Shown piece by piece: positions 60,701 to 64,000 of a stretch of 64,000 bases of DNA. The notes beneath the pieces are model-generated. The model worked only from the letters and a program-made list of their open reading frames with translations, had not been told where the DNA came from and searched no databases. The number at the start of each line of letters is the position of its first letter. The first letter of the stretch is position 1. The translations under genes were made by a program, and so were the position numbers. Origin of the DNA: Squalus acanthias (Eukaryota); assembly GCA_030390025.1 (NCBI GenBank), contig CM059445.1:58032001-58096000 (forward strand). The letters run 5' to 3'.

Positions 60701-62947
60701 GCTGCTCATGATGCAGTCTCCTCTTCACTGGGGAGACCAAACGCAGATTGGGCGATCGCTTTGCTGAACATCTCTGTTCGGTACCCATGCATGAGCCTGA
60801 GTTTCCGGTTGCTTGCCATTTTAATTCTCCATCCCACTCCCACTCTGATCTCTCTGTCCTCGGCCTCCTACACTATTCCAATGAAGCTCAACGGAAACTC
60901 GAGGAACAGCACCTCATCTTTAGATTAGGCACTTTACAGCCTTCCGGACTCAACATCGAGTTCAGTAATTTCACATCATAACCACTGCTCCCATTTTTTC
61001 GGGCAGCAGGTGCTGGTAATGATTCTGCTGTTAATCCCTCCTGCCTTCCACCCGATCACAGACCTTAACATCTTCCAGTTCTGACGCAAGGTCACAGGCC
61101 TGAAACGTTAACTCTCGTTTCTCTCTCCACAGATGCTGCCTGACCCGCTGAGTATTTCCAGCATTTTGTGTTTATATAGCACCAATTATACCATTCACTC
61201 AGCCCCGCAGATAGCATTTATCCAATATTAGCACAACCACAGTGGGACACCATCTCGAAAATGAGTGCCTCTGGGTAGCTCTGTGACAGTTCAGGGCATC
61301 AACGTATCTTCGACTTACACTCCTTCATCAGCTCAGTCAGCAACCTCACACCGCCAATGTAGAAGAGAGGGATCTTATTGGGGCTGGATAGTTTCTTCAG
61401 CACTTCATGGGCTGTCGTAGTATTCACATTGCCCCGTTCAAACTCTTCCACAACTTCTTTCTCCTGTTGTTCCTTTTTTTGGGCCAGGTCCAGTAAATTT
61501 ATATATTCTAAATTTAAAAGACAGATTTTCTGTCAGTGGTTAGAAAACACCAACAACTTGTATTTATATAGCGCCTTTAACGTAATAAAACGTCCCAAGG
61601 TGCTTCACAGGAGCGTTATATCAAAAATGTTTTAACACTGAGCCATATAGGATGTTAGGGGCAGATGACCAAAAGCTTGGTCGAAGAGGTAGGTTTTAAG
61701 GAGCGTCATAAAAGGAGGAGGAAAGAGAAGTGGAGAGGCGGCGAGATTTAGGGAGGGAATTCCAGAGTGTAGGACCTTAGAAAAGACAAATATTATAAAC
61801 TACAGTACATAACAAATCAAAGCAGATTCTGAATATAACTATGAAAGTTGTGTATTCGGTTTTCCCAATGGTTCAGTGGATAAATCGTGTGTTGTAATGA
61901 CCCAGAAAGACCAGAAAGGTCCCAGGCTCAATTTCTGTTCTCTTCCAAGTGGCAGTCAACTTGGGCTTAACGCTCGCAGTGCCAGAGAACAGAAACACAG
62001 TCAGTCATGGTTCTTGCTCCCAATTGCTACGCAGTGATCCTTACCGGAAAGGATGCCTGTTTTAGAATTGGGTGAGGCTGAGATTCCACCTGTACTCAAA
62101 ACAGCCCCACTGACACTCCAATGCCTGGGTCCATGAATTAAAAATGAACATAGCAGGAGTCACTGGATAATGATGAGGAGTAGGAGCCCTGCTGATTTTT
62201 CTCAACTCTATTCTCGGGGGCACAAAGCCCAAATGTAGCGTTCCAAGTGCTGTCCTGGCTGAGAACAACAAACTCTGAATGAAGACCAAATTTGGGACCT
62301 TAGTACCCACTACTTAGTTTCCTACATTACAACAGTGACTAAACTTCAAAAGCACTTCATTGGCTGTAAAGCACTTTGTGACATCCTGATGTTGTGAAAG
62401 GCACTATATAAATGCAAGTCTTTCTTTCTAACTTATCAAGGGAGCTCTCGAACCAAAAGTTCTAAAGCAAAAAATAGGTAAACAAGGAGTAATTTACTAC
62501 ACACAAATAAGCACACACATATCCCTCTTCTAGATTCATCTTTTGTTTCTTTACTTGTCCCATTACCATCTCCTTTTGCCTTGCACCATCATCCCTTTAG
62601 TCTTTTAATCTCTCCTGCCTTCCACCCTATCACAGACCTTCTCTTTTGTTCTTTCCTCCCCTCTCCCCTTTCCCTGCCCCCACACTTGTTTAAAACCGGT
62701 TACATCTCCAACTTTTTCCAGTTCTGACGAAACGTCAGCAACCTGAAACGTTAACTCGGTTTCGCTCTCCACAGGTGCGGCCTGGCCTGCTGAGTATTTC
62801 CAGCATTTTCTGTTTTTATTCCTTCTTTATATTTTGGACTATATGACTGCTTAGTGCTTCTTAAAGCCAACAAACATTTCTCATACCATTAACCAGCTTC
62901 TCTCGGTTTGGATCAATTGTCAAAATCTTCTGATAGCACTGTCGAGC
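42646..62947 (-). CDS. TTC12: TTC12 (tetratricopeptide repeat protein 12, TPR + ARM-like), last 14 coding exons; 5' exons lie beyond the right edge
   Basis: 14 exons with GT/AG boundaries and consistent phases totalling 1536 nt (511 codons + TGA). Peptides resemble recalled human TTC12 ([57 protein letters not shown]). Confidence 0.93.
43220..43805 (+). mobile_element. CR1 LINE 3' fragment
   Basis: [21 protein letters not shown]. Confidence 0.85.
43875..44100 (-). CDS. TTC12: TTC12 penultimate exon
   Basis: CAG|[23 protein letters not shown]...[16 protein letters not shown]|GTAAGG. Confidence 0.92.
45056..45460 (+). mobile_element. DeuSINE
   Basis: Same family motifs. Confidence 0.72.
45556..45655 (-). 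CDS. TTC12: TTC12 exon
   Basis: CAG|[33 protein letters not shown]|GTATGT. Confidence 0.9.
46267..46948. mobile_element. Harbinger-like MITE with AT-rich core
   Basis: Ends GGGCCTGAAATTGC / GCAAAATACGGCCC, TSD AAT. Confidence 0.7.
46960..47295 (-). mobile_element. CR1 LINE 3' fragment
   Basis: [35 protein letters not shown]. Confidence 0.8.
47367..47468 (-). CDS. TTC12: TTC12 exon
   Basis: CAG|[34 protein letters not shown]|GTAAGA. Confidence 0.9.
47649..47717 (-). CDS. TTC12: TTC12 exon
   Basis: TAG|[23 protein letters not shown]|GTGAGT. Confidence 0.88.
48460..48705 (+). mobile_element. CR1 LINE 3' fragment
   Basis: [23 protein letters not shown]. Confidence 0.7.
48813..48911 (-). CDS. 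TTC12: TTC12 exon
   Basis: CAG|[33 protein letters not shown]|GTACGA. Confidence 0.88.
49655..49985 (-). mobile_element. DeuSINE, partial
   Basis: Same family motifs. Confidence 0.65.
50008..50605. mobile_element. Degraded GC-rich MITE-like insertion splitting a DeuSINE
   Basis: Left end GGTTTAGAAATTG; the SINE resumes at ~50607 (ACCATCTGACTCAGAGGC). Confidence 0.45.
50985..51119 (-). CDS. TTC12: TTC12 exon
   Basis: CAG|[24 protein letters not shown]...[11 protein letters not shown]|GTAAGT. Confidence 0.88.
51254..51278. repeat. (CA)n microsatellite
   Basis: Visible dinucleotide run. Confidence 0.9.
51329..51392 (-). CDS. TTC12: TTC12 exon
   Basis: TAG|[21 protein letters not shown]|GTAAGG; supplies the required phase 2 to phase 0 link. 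Confidence 0.8.
51633..52330. mobile_element. GC-rich Harbinger-like MITE
   Basis: Ends GGGGGAAAAATTCGG / CCAATTTTTCCCCC; internally similar to 52889-53650. Confidence 0.7.
52889..53650. mobile_element. GC-rich Harbinger-like MITE
   Basis: Ends GGGGGAAAAATT / AATTGTTACCCC, TSD TAT. Confidence 0.75.
53948..54505 (+). mobile_element. CR1 LINE 3' fragment
   Basis: Degenerate LVRPHL..CAQFWSP plus 3' UTR. Confidence 0.75.
54811..54903 (-). CDS. TTC12: TTC12 exon
   Basis: TAG|[30 protein letters not shown]|GTAACC. Confidence 0.85.
55835..56105 (-). mobile_element. CR1 LINE 3' fragment
   Basis: [17 protein letters not shown]. Confidence 0.75.
56226..56394 (-). CDS. TTC12: TTC12 exon
   Basis: TAG|[12 protein letters not shown]...[13 protein letters not shown]|GTAATC. 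Confidence 0.88.
56865..57555 (-). mobile_element. CR1 LINE 3' fragment
   Basis: [15 protein letters not shown]...[14 protein letters not shown]. Confidence 0.85.
57814..57902 (-). CDS. TTC12: TTC12 exon
   Basis: CAG|[29 protein letters not shown]|GTAATT. Confidence 0.88.
58802..58871 (-). CDS. TTC12: TTC12 exon
   Basis: CAG|[23 protein letters not shown]|GTAAGG. Confidence 0.9.
59748..60150 (-). mobile_element. CR1 LINE 3' fragment
   Basis: [20 protein letters not shown]; CATAAGAACATAAGAA tail. Confidence 0.8.
60686..61175 (+). mobile_element. Penelope-like element 3' fragment (GIY-YIG endonuclease and pLTR)
   Basis: [15 protein letters not shown]...[11 protein letters not shown]...[21 protein letters not shown], followed by a degenerate hammerhead/pLTR. 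Confidence 0.85.
61319..61507 (-). CDS. TTC12: TTC12 exon
   Basis: TAG|[18 protein letters not shown]...[21 protein letters not shown]|GTAAGT. Confidence 0.9.
61550..61775 (-). mobile_element. L2 LINE 3' fragment
   Basis: Same L2 tail as at 9.2 kb. Confidence 0.7.
62528..62820 (+). mobile_element. Penelope-like pLTR fragment
   Basis: Same family as the 10.5-kb and 34.6-kb copies. Confidence 0.75.
62887..62947 (-). CDS. TTC12: TTC12 exon (end of TPR region)
   Basis: CAG|[20 protein letters not shown]|GTATGA. Confidence 0.85.
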
Positions 62948-63809
62948 CTGGGGGGGGGGGGGGGAAACATAAACCCATTAGATCACTGCATTTCCCACAG
63001 CAACACTGACCTTCTGAAGACACAGAACAATGGGGACTCAGGATTGATTACACTGCAGTGGATCTAATAAAACACTTCAGCGAAAATCAGCAACTGCGAC
63101 AGTAACACTCATACAGTAAACGGAACCCCCAAAATGAGAATATAGCCCCCGAAACCACCTCGTTTTATGAATATAAATACTAGCCGACCTCGCCTGGCAC
63201 TGCTCACGTCAAACGATATGCTGTTTTATAAGAACAGCAGCATTATATCGTGACTGTGCACAATGTATTATTCTGTTACTAAGGTGAAGCTATGTAGCCT
63301 TTAAGGCCACAGAGTCTAACTGCTGTTAAGCAAACACTGGGTGAGGTCAAGAGTTCAATTCCTTTTCAGCCTGCAGGTCACAACTGGCTTTCTTTCTCTT
63401 TTTTAATTTGTGATTGGTAAGGCCACTTGACGTAAGAAAACTACTAGGCACTTGGTCTAAGCGTTAAACAAAGCTTTAATCAACTGTTTTTCAACATGGA
63501 GATCTAGTTGTGTCCTTCCCTAGTTCCTGTTGAGGAATGTCCTATGCAAGCTGGGCCCATGCCCAAGTATTTATACTCTCCCTGGACAGCGCCACCAGCA
63601 GGCCGCCCAGTATTACTTCATACATGAATGACAAGCTTCATGTCACCACTTATAATATTATCATATAAACATAGATATAGATACATACTATGGCATTAGT
63701 GAAAAGAGTTTTATTCACGTCTGAAGTCATTTTCAGAGGATTTTTTATAAATTGTACTTTTGAACAGTAATTTGTTTGCCCCACAGCCTAGTTACAGGTT
63801 TGATTTCAT

Positions 63810-64000
63810 CTCATTGAAACATGCAAGATTCTGACAAGGTAGATCCTGAGAGGCTGTATACCCTGGTTGGAAAATCTAGAACTGGGGGCATAGTCTCAGG
63901 CTAAGGGGTTGGCCATTTCGGACTGAGATGAGGAGAAATTTCTTCACTCAGAGGGCTGTGAATCTTTGGAATTCTCTACCCCAGAGGGCTGTGGATGCTC
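63810..64000 (+). mobile_element. CR1 LINE fragment, truncated by the window edge
   Basis: GHSLRLRG...[17 protein letters not shown]. Confidence 0.75.

Noticed and set aside
1-64000. CRISPR arrays, rRNA or prokaryotic systems
   Set aside because: No regularly spaced repeats or operon-like structure; the window is intron-rich vertebrate DNA.

Overview
Repeat-rich vertebrate DNA, almost certainly from a cartilaginous fish (shark-type CR1 and L2 LINEs, DeuSINEs, a V-SINE, Penelope fragments, GC-rich Harbinger-type MITEs). Three minus-strand intron-containing genes can be assembled by hand: the last 14 coding exons of TTC12 (62947 to 42646), the first two coding exons of ANKK1 (3613 to 1614), and between them an unnamed 6-exon gene (34143 to 14100). 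That gene encodes a ~2,500-aa type I membrane protein: signal peptide, ~2,300-aa non-repetitive Ser/Thr/Pro-rich mucin-like stalk on one 6.9-kb exon, a lone ZP-C domain with no ZP-N and no furin site, a TM helix and a short tail. The giant exon has three clustered +1 frame breaks whose net effect is frame-neutral. Also present: two ~205-bp hairpin retro-insertions with 12-bp TSDs carrying minimal hammerhead ribozyme cores, MITEs that appear to target CR1 tails, and a ~195-bp locally templated duplication. All exon boundaries are from manual translation and GT/AG phase matching; no database searches were run, and homology statements rely on recalled family motifs.
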